Notes: generated by a model from the letters alone, not told the origin. A stretch of 64,000 nucleotides of DNA from Pyrinomonadaceae bacterium (GCA_036389555.1 DASVPS010000281.1:7943-71942); one strand, 5' to 3'; numbered from the stretch's first letter, positions 20,171 through 30,050 are shown. Translations and numbers: made by a program.

Positions 20171-20914
20171 ATGAAATATCCGGGCAAAGATCGGCGCGCG
20201 CGCGAGCGTTTGAAGCTCTCGATGCCCGCGCGCGTGCAGGTTCGCGAGGACGCCGAAACCGAGTGGACGGAGGTGACGCGCCTCGCCGACTTGACGCCGT
20301 TTGGGGCGGGTTTTAGTCTCACGCGGCCGGTTGACCCTGGGCGGATAGTGCATCTGACGCTGCCGATGCCGCGCCAACTGCGTTGCTTCGATCACATCGA
20401 AGATCAATATCGCGTCTACGCGCTGGTGCGCTTCATGCGTGGGGAGTTTCCCGTGGGCGCGAGCGCGCCGGGTTTCAAGTTGGGCGTGGCCTTCATCGGC
20501 AAGCGTCCGCCGGACAGCTACCTGCTCGACCCGACCCGGCGGTACGAGGTGTTCGAGCCGGAGTCGGAAGGCGGTTTGTGGAAACTGCTGGAACAGCCGC
20601 CCGCTCCCGCCGGGCAGATCGAGAAGAAAGAGTCGCGCCTGAGCGTGCCTATCGAAGTGACCGTCGAACTCTACGACGAGAAGTGGAACATCACGGCGCG
20701 CGAGGATACCGTCACGGAGAACATCAGCCGGCGCGGCGCGGCCGTCTACACGTCGCTCAGGGCGGAGCGCGGAAGCTACGTGCGGCTGACGAGCGCGCGC
20801 TATCAAACTTCGGCCTTCGCCATCGTCCGCGCGCACCGCACGGGGAGCGACGGCATCCCGCGCTTTCATCTTGAGTTTATAGATCAGGAGTGGCCGCTTG
20901 AAGAATTCGGGTGA
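20171..20914 (+). CDS. Tandem PilZ-domain protein
   Basis: [17 protein letters not shown] ... DLTPFGAGF matches the PilZ RxxxR / DxSxxG pattern. A second PilZ-like half has [10 protein letters not shown]. Start taken at ATG 20171 (ORF opens at TTG 20114). Confidence 0.6.
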   Translation: MKYPGKDRRARERLKLSMPARVQVREDAETEWTEVTRLADLTPFGAGFSLTRPVDPGRIVHLTLPMPRQLRCFDHIEDQYRVYALVRFMRGEFPVGASAPGFKLGVAFIGKRPPDSYLLDPTRRYEVFEPESEGGLWKLLEQPPAPAGQIEKKESRLSVPIEVTVELYDEKWNITAREDTVTENISRRGAAVYTSLRAERGSYVRLTSARYQTSAFAIVRAHRTGSDGIPRFHLEFIDQEWPLEEFG

Positions 20915-20915
20915 G

Positions 20916-21323
20916 ATGCGAAAGAAGCGTCGGAGCTTGGCGTTCCCGCGCGAGGTGCTGCTCGTCGAAATCGAGCGACACTGTGCGGACGCGAGTTGCA
21001 ACGCGCGCACGCGCGTCGGGCTGACGAAAGAAGAGGCGCGGCTCTACGACGGCTTCGAGTGTGAGCGTTGCGAACGCTGGCACGCGGATGGATTGACGGA
21101 GCGCGACATCCCGGATTGGTGGGAAGAGTTGACGGTGACGGGACTGGCGACGCTGCGCGGCAAATTGTCCGGCGAGGACGCGGCGCAGACGAACGAGGCG
21201 GGCGAGACGGGCAGCGGTGGAGTGGTCGCGCGCTTGAGCGAGGCGTGGCAGCATCAGGCGCGGCGCGAGGGGCGCGGTGCGGCCGTGGATGCGCCGGGGG
21301 ACGGGGGAGACGAGTCGCTTTGA
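20916..21323 (+). CDS. Hypothetical protein with Cys-rich (zinc-ribbon-like) segment
   Basis: ATG sits 1 nt after the PilZ gene stop. CADASCNAR...FECERCERW suggests metal binding. It is tightly packed before plsC. Confidence 0.45.
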   Translation: MRKKRRSLAFPREVLLVEIERHCADASCNARTRVGLTKEEARLYDGFECERCERWHADGLTERDIPDWWEELTVTGLATLRGKLSGEDAAQTNEAGETGSGGVVARLSEAWQHQARREGRGAAVDAPGDGGDESL

Positions 21324-21328
21324 GCCAG

Positions 21329-22009
21329 ATGGAAACGAGCGTCGTGCGGCGCGGTAAAAAGCCTTCCACGGGCGAGCGGCCGGATGAGCCTTACGTGCTG
21401 CCGCCGTGGGCGATTCGTCTGCTGCGTGCGGCGTTGCGCCTGCTCTTTAGAGTCCTGTGGCGGATGCGTTACGTGGGCGTGGAGAACGTGCCGGCCTCCG
21501 GCGGCGTCATCATCGCCGCGAACCATCAAACCTATCTCGATCCGTTCTGGCTCGGCGTCCCTGTGCCGCTCTATGCCCGCTTCCTCGCGTGGGACAAAGT
21601 TTTCGACTGGCCGGTGGCCGGAAAACTCATGCGACTGTTGGGCGCGTGGCCGCTGCAAGTGCAGAAGGGCGACCGCCGCGCCATCCGGCGTTCGCTGCAA
21701 TGGCTGCGCGGGGGCGGCGCGCTTGTCATCTTCCCGGAAGGCGGGCGCTCCTTTTCCGACGGCCGGATGCAGGAGTTCAAGGTGGGCGCGGCGCGGCTCG
21801 CGCTCGAAGCCAATGTGCCGATTCTGCCCATCACGATTCGCGGCGGCCACCGCGTCTGGCCGCGCGACTGGCGCTGGCCGCGCCTCGGCCGCGTCGAAAT
21901 CATCTACCACCCGCTCCAACACCTGACGCCGCTCCCCGGCGAAGACACACGCCAGACCGCGCGCCGCGAAACAGACAAACTCTACGAGATCATCCACTCC
22001 GCGCTTTAG
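21329..22009 (+). CDS. plsC: 1-acyl-sn-glycerol-3-phosphate acyltransferase family
   Basis: Acyltransferase HX4D motif (ANHQTYLDP) and FPEGGRS. Start at ATG 21329 (METSVV). Confidence 0.8.
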   Translation: METSVVRRGKKPSTGERPDEPYVLPPWAIRLLRAALRLLFRVLWRMRYVGVENVPASGGVIIAANHQTYLDPFWLGVPVPLYARFLAWDKVFDWPVAGKLMRLLGAWPLQVQKGDRRAIRRSLQWLRGGGALVIFPEGGRSFSDGRMQEFKVGAARLALEANVPILPITIRGGHRVWPRDWRWPRLGRVEIIYHPLQHLTPLPGEDTRQTARRETDKLYEIIHSAL

Positions 22010-22078
22010 CCGTAGGCAAAAAGATTAGCGCCGCACGGCGCGCCGCTAACATTGCAAGACGCGCCGCTGCGGTGAATC

Positions 22079-25000
22079 TTACTGTTTCGCCGCCGTGCGG
22101 GCGACGATGAGCGGTTGCGCTTCGAGTTCGCGGCGGTAAAAGACGCGCGGGCGTTGGGTCGCCATCCTCGTTAAATTCAAGCCGCGCTCGTCCTCGCCGG
22201 CCACTTCGATGAAAGAGAGAGCGAGGCCGACATCGCGCGCCTGTTTCAACTTCTGGAGTTGCATCGCGGGAACGCGCGTCGTCGCATAATCGAACCACTC
22301 GCGCACGAGTATCTCGCCGTTGCGCGGTTCGGCGTCGGCGGCCGAGCCTTTCAAGCCTTCCTCCACGAGCGCGTAGGTCAACAGGCCGTGCCCCACTTCC
22401 GACGCCTCCTGCGCCGCCTGAAAACTCTGCGCCGCCGTCAGGATGTACATGCCTTTCTCGTAGGCCAACTGCGCCAAGCCCTTCGAGTTCATCGGGCCGC
22501 GCCGTTTCTCCTCGGCTTCGAGCGCCTGCCCCGAGTTGCAGGCATCTATGACGAGCATCATCTGTGCGGCGGACACCGACTCGAAGGCCGCTTCCAACTC
22601 CTCATCCGAGATGCTCTGCGACAGCATGAGTTTGAGTCCGGCAGGGTCGAGGCGCGTGCGGCTGCCCGCGTAGCCGAGGTCGTGCGGGATGAGATAGAAC
22701 TTGTTGGCCTGCGCCGTGCCGTGCCCGGCGAAGTAGACGACGACTTGATCTTCGGGCTGCGCCTGCGCCGCGATTTTTGACAATCCGGCGAGGATGTTGG
22801 CCTTCGTCGCCTGCGCGTCGTAGAGCGAAGCGACTTCGATGCGCTCATAGCGTCCGAGCCGCGTCTGCTGCCGTTTCACTTCCTCTGCGAACTCGCGCGC
22901 ATCGGCCACGGCGTATTTCAGATCGTACTGCGAGTTGGCGTAAGCGTTGACGCCGACGGCCAGAATGTAGACCACGCCCGCGCGCTTCAAACTGTCTGCG
23001 CCCGTGACCAGCAGGGAATTGTCTTTGCTCTTCACGTTGTCGCGGTTGAAGCCGTAAGCGGTTAGGCGGTTCTCGCCCGCCACGACGGGGATGACGACTT
23101 CGAGCGTCGTGCCCGATTGGCCTTGCGCCAACACGTCGCCGCGCCAGGCCTTGACGAGCGTGCCGTTGCGAAACAGTCGCACGTCGCGCGCACCGCTGCC
23201 CGCCGGGTGCGATGCATCCGCCGCAGCCTCTCGCACTTCGATCTTGAGCTTTAGGTTGCGCGTGGCGAAGGCGGCGTTCGCGTGGGGAGCAGCAGCGGCG
23301 TCGGCCACAAGGATTTTAACCTCCGGCTGGCGTCGATCTTTTTGCGCGAAGTCCTGCGCGGCGACGGGTCGTTTACCCGAAGTGAGATCGGAGAGCAGCC
23401 CGGGGTAGAAAAATTCGTTGAAGAACCATTCGATGGGCGCGACGTTGAAAGTGTCTTCATCATAACGCCAGAGAATTTGATTCCAAGCGAAGGGCGAACC
23501 GTCGAACAATCCATCGGGCGTGACGACGAGCCAGTCCGCGCCGTCGAAGAGTGAGACGAGCGTGGCGAGTTGCCGTCCCTCTGTGGCGTCCCAGAGCATC
23601 GTGCTGCCGTCGTCGCCCGCAGAGGCGAGGAGGCGCGAGTCGGGGCTGAAGGCGAGCGAGTTGATGCTTCCCGTGTGGCCTTTCAGGGTGCGCAGTTCGC
23701 GCCCGGTGGCCGCTTCCCAGAGTTTGATCGTGTTGTCGGTGGCGGCCGCGGCGACCGTGCGCCCGTCGGTTGAGAAGGCGACGGCTTTGACTTCGCTCGT
23801 GTGTCCGGCGAGCGTGCGCAACTCACGCCCCGTGCCCGCGTCCCACAACTTGACGAGGCCGGTCGTGGTCATCTTCAAGTCTTTGTACAACTCCTTCATC
23901 AACTCTTCCGGGTTGGTGCGCCGCGCTTTCTTGAGGTCTAACGCGGCCGCCTGCATGGCGCGCATCATCGCCGCCTGATCGAAATTGCTCTTCGTCTCCG
24001 CGCCGCCCGTCAAGAGCAACTTGCCGTCCGCGCTAAAAGCCACCACGTTGACCTTGCTGCTGCCGCCCATGCCGCCGAAGTTGCCCGGCATGACCGCGGA
24101 CAGGCCGCCCGTCCCTGCGTAAGGGTTCTGCGCGGCGGCAAACCCGCCGAGCATGCCCGTCGGTTGCCCCGTGCTCGTGTCCCAGATCGTGACCGTCGGA
24201 TCGTTGAAATTCGTGACCGCCAGCCTGCGCCCGTCCGCGCTGAAAGTGAAGGAGTGAACCGCGCCGGGCATGAACGGGTTGCTGCGAGGAATGTTGAGGG
24301 TATGCGCCTCGCGCCCGGTCGCCGTGTCCCAGAGCTTAACCTGACTTCCGAGTCCGGTTGAGACGTTCGTCGTGCTGCCGCCGGGCGTCGCCCCGTTAAT
24401 GATGACGTTGACCTGCGGCATGCCGGATTTTTTAGAACCCTTCATGGCATCCTTCAACGCCTCCTGAGCTTTCTTCTGCATCTCCTTCTGGTCGGTGTCG
24501 GACGCGGCGTTGATGCCCTGTTGCCGGTTTTCGGGCGCGGCGGTTGTGCCTTTTTGAAAACGAGTCTCGGCGCGATAAGCGGTCGCCAGCAGACGCCCGT
24601 CGGGGCTGAAGTTAACGACCGTGGTTGCCGCCTCCTCCTGCGGAGACAGGCGGTGCAGACGACGCCCGTCGGCGGCGTCGTAGAGATCAACCTGACTGCC
24701 GTTCGTCTGCATCGAGGCCAGCAGCCGCCCGTCGCGACTGATGAGATTGAACGGCGTTTCGGCGGGCGTGGAGACGCGCAAGCCCCGCCCGTTCGCCAAA
24801 TCCCAGATCGTCCTGCCGCCCGCGAACAGGCGCGAGCCGTCCGCGCTGAAGGCCACCTGGTAAGCCATGTTGATGCGACCCGTGAGCCGTTGCGCGCGCT
24901 GTCCGGTGGCCGTGTCCCAGAGCGTGATGTCCGTGTCGAAACTGCTCGCCGCGAGCGTGCGCCCGTCCGCGCTGAAGGCCAGCGCGGTCACGCCGCCCTG

Positions 25001-26062
25001 CGGTGCGAATTTGCCGTAGCGGTAGGGAACTTCGAGCGTCCTGATTTCCGCGCCCGTCGCCGTGTCCCAGACCTTGACGCTCGTGCCGCCGGAAGCGAGC
25101 GCGAGCAGACGCCCGTCGCGACTGAAGGTGAACGCGCCGGGCGGCTTGTCCTGCGTCAACAGTTGGCGCGGCTTCCCGCCCTTCGCGCCGAAGTCCCACA
25201 ACTCAAGCTTACTCTTGTTGCCCGACGAATAATCGAGCGACGCGACGAGCATCCGGCCATCGGGCGCGAAGGCGAGCGCGGCCTGTCCCTGCGCCTTGAA
25301 ATCGTCGGGCGCGTTTGCCGTTTGTCCCGCCGCGCGCCCCGTCTCCAAATCCCAGAAGACGACGCTGCTCCGGTTGCCACGCGAGAAGTCGCGCGTGAGT
25401 CCGGCGAGTTGTTTGCCGTCGGGGCTGAGCGTAAAGGTGCTGGCAAAGCCGCCCGCCGCCGCGCTCAACAAACTCAACTCCGCCACTTGAATTTCGCTTC
25501 CCATCGCCACGTCCCACGTCCTGATCGCGTCGCCGAGCGAGACGAGGCGCGCGGCGTCGGGCGTGAAGGCCAGAAAGAAAACGCCCACGCCGGCCGAGAG
25601 TCCGCCGGACGGCGCGACGAGCGTTTTCAGTTCGCGCCCGGTCTGGACGTTCCAAATCTTGATCGCATTGTCGCGCCCGCCCGCCGCGAGCAGACGCCCG
25701 TCGCGACTGAAGGCCACGGCCGACACGCCCGTCAGGGAGGCGAGACCGAAGCCGCTCGACGCGCCGCCCGAGAGCGCGAGCGAACGCAGTTCGCGCCCGG
25801 TCGCCGCTTCCCACAACTTGATTTCGTTGCTGTTGAATGTCCACGTCGCCAGCAGGCGCGCGTCCGGGCTAAAGGTCATCCCCGTCGCGCCGAAAAGGGC
25901 ATAGCCCGATTGCAGCACGAGTTCGGGGCGCACGCCTTGTTTGTTTTGCGCCGCCTGACCGGAAACTGATGGGTGGAAACAAAGCGAGGCGAACAGGGTG
26001 GCGGCAACTAATTTGAAGAGGTAACGCGATGCGTCGCGCGCGGGCTGAACGTTCTGTTTCAT
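22079..26062 (-). CDS. Secreted multi-WD40-repeat protein with C-terminal caspase-like (peptidase C14) domain
   Basis: N-terminal signal peptide and more than 15 repeats of the FSPDGRLLA...IKLWD type. The C-terminal part has YILAVGVNAY, VVVYFAGHGTA (catalytic His) and LVIDACNSGQA (catalytic Cys). Confidence 0.85.
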   Translation of the reverse strand: MKQNVQPARDASRYLFKLVAATLFASLCFHPSVSGQAAQNKQGVRPELVLQSGYALFGATGMTFSPDARLLATWTFNSNEIKLWEAATGRELRSLALSGGASSGFGLASLTGVSAVAFSRDGRLLAAGGRDNAIKIWNVQTGRELKTLVAPSGGLSAGVGVFFLAFTPDAARLVSLGDAIRTWDVAMGSEIQVAELSLLSAAAGGFASTFTLSPDGKQLAGLTRDFSRGNRSSVVFWDLETGRAAGQTANAPDDFKAQGQAALAFAPDGRMLVASLDYSSGNKSKLELWDFGAKGGKPRQLLTQDKPPGAFTFSRDGRLLALASGGTSVKVWDTATGAEIRTLEVPYRYGKFAPQGGVTALAFSADGRTLAASSFDTDITLWDTATGQRAQRLTGRINMAYQVAFSADGSRLFAGGRTIWDLANGRGLRVSTPAETPFNLISRDGRLLASMQTNGSQVDLYDAADGRRLHRLSPQEEAATTVVNFSPDGRLLATAYRAETRFQKGTTAAPENRQQGINAASDTDQKEMQKKAQEALKDAMKGSKKSGMPQVNVIINGATPGGSTTNVSTGLGSQVKLWDTATGREAHTLNIPRSNPFMPGAVHSFTFSADGRRLAVTNFNDPTVTIWDTSTGQPTGMLGGFAAAQNPYAGTGGLSAVMPGNFGGMGGSSKVNVVAFSADGKLLLTGGAETKSNFDQAAMMRAMQAAALDLKKARRTNPEELMKELYKDLKMTTTGLVKLWDAGTGRELRTLAGHTSEVKAVAFSTDGRTVAAAATDNTIKLWEAATGRELRTLKGHTGSINSLAFSPDSRLLASAGDDGSTMLWDATEGRQLATLVSLFDGADWLVVTPDGLFDGSPFAWNQILWRYDEDTFNVAPIEWFFNEFFYPGLLSDLTSGKRPVAAQDFAQKDRRQPEVKILVADAAAAPHANAAFATRNLKLKIEVREAAADASHPAGSGARDVRLFRNGTLVKAWRGDVLAQGQSGTTLEVVIPVVAGENRLTAYGFNRDNVKSKDNSLLVTGADSLKRAGVVYILAVGVNAYANSQYDLKYAVADAREFAEEVKRQQTRLGRYERIEVASLYDAQATKANILAGLSKIAAQAQPEDQVVVYFAGHGTAQANKFYLIPHDLGYAGSRTRLDPAGLKLMLSQSISDEELEAAFESVSAAQMMLVIDACNSGQALEAEEKRRGPMNSKGLAQLAYEKGMYILTAAQSFQAAQEASEVGHGLLTYALVEEGLKGSAADAEPRNGEILVREWFDYATTRVPAMQLQKLKQARDVGLALSFIEVAGEDERGLNLTRMATQRPRVFYRRELEAQPLIVARTAAKQ

Positions 26063-26080
26063 GTCGGGAATCCTCGAAAG

Positions 26081-26178
26081 AGAACGATGAAGGTGGAGCG
26101 TTGAACGCGGAGCGTTGAACGAAAGAGAACTGTTTTTACTTAATCATTCATTGTTCATCGTTCATCGTATCCATTCAC
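26081..26178. repeat. Imperfect word-based hairpin (GATGAACG/CGTTCATC family)
   Basis: GAACGATGAAGGTGGAGCGTTGAACGCGGAGCGTTGAACG ... TTCATTGTTCATCGTTCATCG. The arms share words with 2168-2383 but pairing is only partial. Confidence 0.5.
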
Positions 26179-26300
26179 CGGCGGGTTGCGAATCGTTCAC
26201 AGGGGGCGTTGGGGAGATGCTCTATGCCAGACGTCTCAGGCGCACTCTAATAAGGCGAGGCCGCGCTGTCAAGATTTGGTGGGAGAGCGCGTGCAAGGGT

Positions 26301-27080
26301 TCAATCGCGGAGCGCGAGCACGCGCATCATCGCCTCGTGGACGAGGCCGTTCGAGGCCATGATGGGCGGCGCATAGACATGGAAGGGCGAACCGTCGTAG
26401 CGCGAGACACGCCCGCCCGCCTCTTCGATCAAGATCGTTCCGGCAGCCACGTCCCACGGGCGCAGGCCTTCTTCCCAGAAGCCGTCGAAGCGGCCGCAGG
26501 CGACGTAGGCCAGATCGAGCGCGGCCGAACCGTCGCGGCGCACGCCCTGCGCGTGCAGTATGAAGTTCTTGAAGTTGCGCACGAAGTTGTCGCGCCCGCG
26601 CACGTCGTAAGGGTAGCCCGTGCAGAGCAGCGCCTCGTTGAGGTCGCTGATTTCGGAGACGCGGATGCGCCGCCCGTTCAAGGTCGCGCCCGCGCCGCGC
26701 TCGGCGGCAAACAACTCGTCGCGCGTCGGGTCGTAGATCACGCCGATGATGAGTTCGCCCTCGCGTTCAAGCGCGATCGAGACGCAATAGCACGGGTAGC
26801 CGTGCGCGTAGTTCGTCGTCCCGTCGAGCGGGTCAACGATCCACTTGTAGGCGCTCGCCGCCGCGCCTTCATGTTCCGCCGTGCCCGACTCTTCGGCCAG
26901 TATCCCGTGGCGCGGATAGTAACTGCGTATGCGCTCGACGATCAGACGCTCGGCCGCCAGATCGGACTCGGTGACGAGATCGATGTCGCCCTTATGCGTC
27001 ACCTCAAGCGACGCACGCCCGAACCGCTCGGCCAACACGCGCCCCGCCTCGCGGGCTGTCTCGATGGCGAAATCTAACAA
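26301..27080 (-). CDS. suhB: Inositol monophosphatase family protein (SuhB-type)
   Basis: WIVDPLDGTTNYAHG and the downstream IMPase motifs (WDVAAG). Confidence 0.85.
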   Translation of the reverse strand: MLDFAIETAREAGRVLAERFGRASLEVTHKGDIDLVTESDLAAERLIVERIRSYYPRHGILAEESGTAEHEGAAASAYKWIVDPLDGTTNYAHGYPCYCVSIALEREGELIIGVIYDPTRDELFAAERGAGATLNGRRIRVSEISDLNEALLCTGYPYDVRGRDNFVRNFKNFILHAQGVRRDGSAALDLAYVACGRFDGFWEEGLRPWDVAAGTILIEEAGGRVSRYDGSPFHVYAPPIMASNGLVHEAMMRVLALRD

Positions 27081-27138
27081 AGCGAACTCCTGTCTCGGAT
27101 GATCGGTGACAAATTCTTTCCCCCTTGAGCGCGCGTGC

Positions 27139-27579
27139 TCAATCTTCGTAGACGTAAAACTCCGTCCGCTCGCCCTCTAAAAATTTCTCGACGAGCGGCC
27201 GCACTTCGTCTGCCCAATCCAGCCCCGCGTCAATCTTCGGCAACGCGACGCTCTTAACTTTATGCTTGATGCAGTAGCGCGCCAGCTTGCGCAAAGCCCG
27301 GTTCAGGAACGACGCGGAGACGTGTTCGGCGTCCGACAGCGCGGCCATAAAAATAATGCCGGGGCGGTTCTTCCCCGGCGCGACCACGAAGAGATCGCCC
27401 CCCTGAAACTTATTGCCGCGCGTGAACTGTCTGAGGTGCTGCTGCACCTCCGGCCACTTAGATGACACCTTCGACGCCGCGCCCGCGCCACCACCGCCCT
27501 CCGGCGCGCCCGTCACGACGCCGAGCGCGACGAACTCCGTGTTCGCGCGCAGAATATCACCTGAGATGAATTTGATCAT
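27139..27579 (-). CDS. Macro-domain-like protein (divergent)
   Basis: MIKFISGDIL...EFVA, WPEVQQ, and VKSVALPKIDAGLDWADVRPLVEKFL...VYVY are colinear with short Poa1p/DarG-type macro domains. The glycine-rich phosphate loop is not conserved. Confidence 0.45.
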   Translation of the reverse strand: MIKFISGDILRANTEFVALGVVTGAPEGGGGAGAASKVSSKWPEVQQHLRQFTRGNKFQGGDLFVVAPGKNRPGIIFMAALSDAEHVSASFLNRALRKLARYCIKHKVKSVALPKIDAGLDWADEVRPLVEKFLEGERTEFYVYED

Positions 27580-27597
27580 TTCGTCTATGCGGCGCGT

Positions 27598-28311
27598 TTA
27601 TTGGAAACGCTCTGCCACAGGAACATCAGCCTCTTCCAAACCCTTGGCGAATAATTCATAATCAGTGAAATCTTTGATGATGTGCTTCGCCCCTGCTTGA
27701 CGCAGCTTCGCTGCGGCGTCTCCATCACCTATACCTAAAAACGCGAAACCGAGACGGCCGGCAACTCGAACGTCCCATACTCCATCCCCTACGCTCACAA
27801 TCTTTTCAAATTCGCTTTGCCGATACTGCTCTAAAGCCTTCCGCGCCGCTACCTGTAAGATTTCCTCTCTCGACAAACCATCATCGGCATAAGCAGCGGC
27901 CATCCCATCGACTTCAACTCCAGCAGCCTTCAACTTCAATAAAGCCGAGCCGCGCCAACTGCCCGTAGCAATGGCAACAGCCCAGGTTGCATCTTGTTTC
28001 AATCTTTCCAGCGCCACTGAAGCTCCGGCTATTTCAGTAAAATTCAAGGCGTTGGCACGGTATTCCACATTCAATAAATCTACAAAGCGACTTTTGAATT
28101 TACTCAACTCTTTTTCTACAGGGTTACGCCTAAACCTTTCTTGAAATATGAACTGCGTAATCCCGGAATCGGTGGTGTGAGGATACTCAGCCCAATCCGT
28201 GCTGATTTCGGTAATACCGTGCGACTCTTCGAGGGCTTTTACAAAGCAGGCATCATCAATGTCATTCGTGTTCGTCAGCGTGCCATCGATGTCGAAAATT
28301 ACCAGTTTCAT
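27598..28311 (-). CDS. HAD-superfamily hydrolase
   Basis: MKLVIFDIDGTLT (DxDxT) and a downstream SVGDGVWD motif. GC is visibly lower than in neighbouring genes. Confidence 0.8.
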   Translation of the reverse strand: MKLVIFDIDGTLTNTNDIDDACFVKALEESHGITEISTDWAEYPHTTDSGITQFIFQERFRRNPVEKELSKFKSRFVDLLNVEYRANALNFTEIAGASVALERLKQDATWAVAIATGSWRGSALLKLKAAGVEVDGMAAAYADDGLSREEILQVAARKALEQYRQSEFEKIVSVGDGVWDVRVAGRLGFAFLGIGDGDAAAKLRQAGAKHIIKDFTDYELFAKGLEEADVPVAERFQ

Positions 28312-28439
28312 CTTGCACCCGTCCAACCTCATCCAAGAATATGACGCATAACGCCCGGCATCACCCGCGCCCCCACCCAACTATCATGAGAGGCACGCCG
28401 AAGGGGCGTCGGGTGCATGCCGTTGTTAGGCGGTGGCCG

Positions 28440-28982
28440 TTAGGAACTACCAGCCGTTTCCAAATGCGGTGCTAGAATTACCTCAACTTCCCGCTGAAAC
28501 TGACCCCATTCTTTCGTGTTTTGAGTTACACCTTCAAGTAAGTTACGGATTTGAGCCGCCGGTTCATAGCCAAATTGGTCGCACTCATCATAGATAGCTC
28601 TGCGAGCTTCTCTCGCTTCTGATTTCGATAGCTGTAAGACCCGCAATGCAAAGTGCGGGCGTTCACGACCTTTTATCATGTGCTCAGGCTCAGGTATGCA
28701 GCCATATTTGAACAAGACCTCACTTAAACCTTTGTGTCTTGTGTCCAGAATCAGGTCAACGTCATCCCAATTCTGTTTTTGTATTGAACCATGAAGGTAC
28801 GCGACAACCTTTGTCGAGTCGTGTAACGCTGCTCTCAAGCCACCCTTTAATTCTTCAACCACATCTGAGGGAATCTTGTCTTCGGCTCTATTCAGGGCTT
28901 CTACAATATCTACAATCTCATCAAGTGTGTTCATGGCCTTTTCCTGAAGGTAGCCGTCAATTTTAGATTCATTCGCGCTCAT
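28440..28982 (-). CDS. Hypothetical protein (180 aa), low GC
   Basis: Clean ORF with protein-like composition. LHGSIQKQNWDDVDLILD faintly resembles a GS...DxD nucleotidyltransferase motif, but I cannot support a family call. Confidence 0.5.
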   Translation of the reverse strand: MSANESKIDGYLQEKAMNTLDEIVDIVEALNRAEDKIPSDVVEELKGGLRAALHDSTKVVAYLHGSIQKQNWDDVDLILDTRHKGLSEVLFKYGCIPEPEHMIKGRERPHFALRVLQLSKSEAREARRAIYDECDQFGYEPAAQIRNLLEGVTQNTKEWGQFQREVEVILAPHLETAGSS

Positions 28983-29023
28983 AACACTTTCCTTTCGTCT
29001 TTAAGAAGCGAACCGCCTAACAT

Positions 29024-29898
29024 TCATTGTGCCGCACGAAGTTTGCGCGCGGCGAGTTTGAGCACTTCCTGCACCTGCGCGTCCCAATAAGGCCAGGAGT
29101 GCGAGCCGGGCAGTTGGCGATACTCGTGTGGGATTTTACGGCGGAGCAGGAGTTCCGAGAGCGCGCGGTTCGAGTTGATGAGAAAGTCTTCCGTGCCGCA
29201 GTCGAAGTAGATGAAGGGAAGCGCGGGGAAGCGTTCCGGCGGCAGGTCGGAGAAGAGTTTGAAGAGGTCGTTGGCGGCGCGCGTGGGGCTGTCCATTGCG
29301 CCGTAGGTGCGCGCGACGGAGGGGCGGACGAAGGAGATCAGGCCGGGATCGTTTGCGTCCCAGGAGGCCGCGCTGAACGCTCCGCTTAAAGACGCCGCGA
29401 GGATGAAGGTCTGCGGGTGTTTGACGCCGAACTTCAACGCGCCATAGCCGCCCATCGAAAGCCCTGCAACGGCACGCGCGTCGCGCGTCGAGAGCGCACG
29501 GTAACGCCGCTCCACGTCGGGGATCAACTCTTCGAGTATGTAAGTCTCAAACTTATCGGTCGGCACGGTCGCGCTATCCGTGTACCAACCGTCGCGGCCT
29601 TCGGGCGTGACGATGATGAAGCGATATGCGGCGGCGTGCGCGGCGAGGCGCGCGCGGTTGGAAATCCAGTCGCCCGCGCCGCCGCCAAGCCCGTGGAGCA
29701 AGTAGATGACCGGATACTTAACGGCGCGCGACTCCGGCGCGTCGTAGAGCGGCGGCAGCACGACGTTGTAAGGCAGCACCTTGCCGACGAGCTTGCTCTC
29801 GAACCTGACCGCCTCAACGCGCGCCGCGGGCTGTCGCTCTGCCTGCGCCTGACATGAAACAACCAGCAGCAGCGCGAAGCAGAGAGAGGCGACGCGCG
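29024..29898 (-). CDS. Secreted esterase (esterase D / putative-esterase alpha/beta hydrolase family)
   Basis: YPVIYLLHGLGGGAGDW and GLSMGGYGA (GxSxG). The proposed TTG start at 29898 gives the signal peptide MTGARVASLCFALLLVVSCQAQA. The longer ORF to 30139 overlaps the next gene and reads through a DNA tandem repeat. Confidence 0.75.
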
Positions 29899-29972
29899 CC
29901 CCCGTCAACGCGAAACGCGCCCCCGTCAACGCGAAACGCGCTCGCGTCAACGGAGAACACGCCCGCGTCAAC
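29889..29972. repeat. Four tandem 21-bp repeats with CGTCAAC (GTTGACG) core
   Basis: CCCCCGTCAACGCGAAACGCG occurs twice exactly (29889-29930). Two degenerate copies follow: CTCGCGTCAACGGAGAACACG and CCCGCGTCAACCTGAAACGCG. Confidence 0.85.
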
Positions 29973-30050
29973 CTGAAACGCGCGTGCGGTGGCCGTAAAA
30001 CTTTTTTCGTTCGCACTATTTCCACACTCCCATGCTCGCGCAACGCCGAG

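Noticed and set aside
19759-20322. 188-codon N-terminal extension of the gyrA ORF
   Set aside because: The canonical GyrA N-terminus ([15 protein letters not shown]...) starts at ATG 19758. The extension is Arg/Ser-rich, unlike GyrA, and overlaps the upstream divergent region.
24521-25969. 482-aa plus-strand ORF inside the WD40/caspase gene; also 30492-32156 (554 aa) opposite hutU, 36829-38103 opposite hutH and 38206-39159 opposite the DUF2270 gene
   Set aside because: These are antisense shadows of strongly supported genes.
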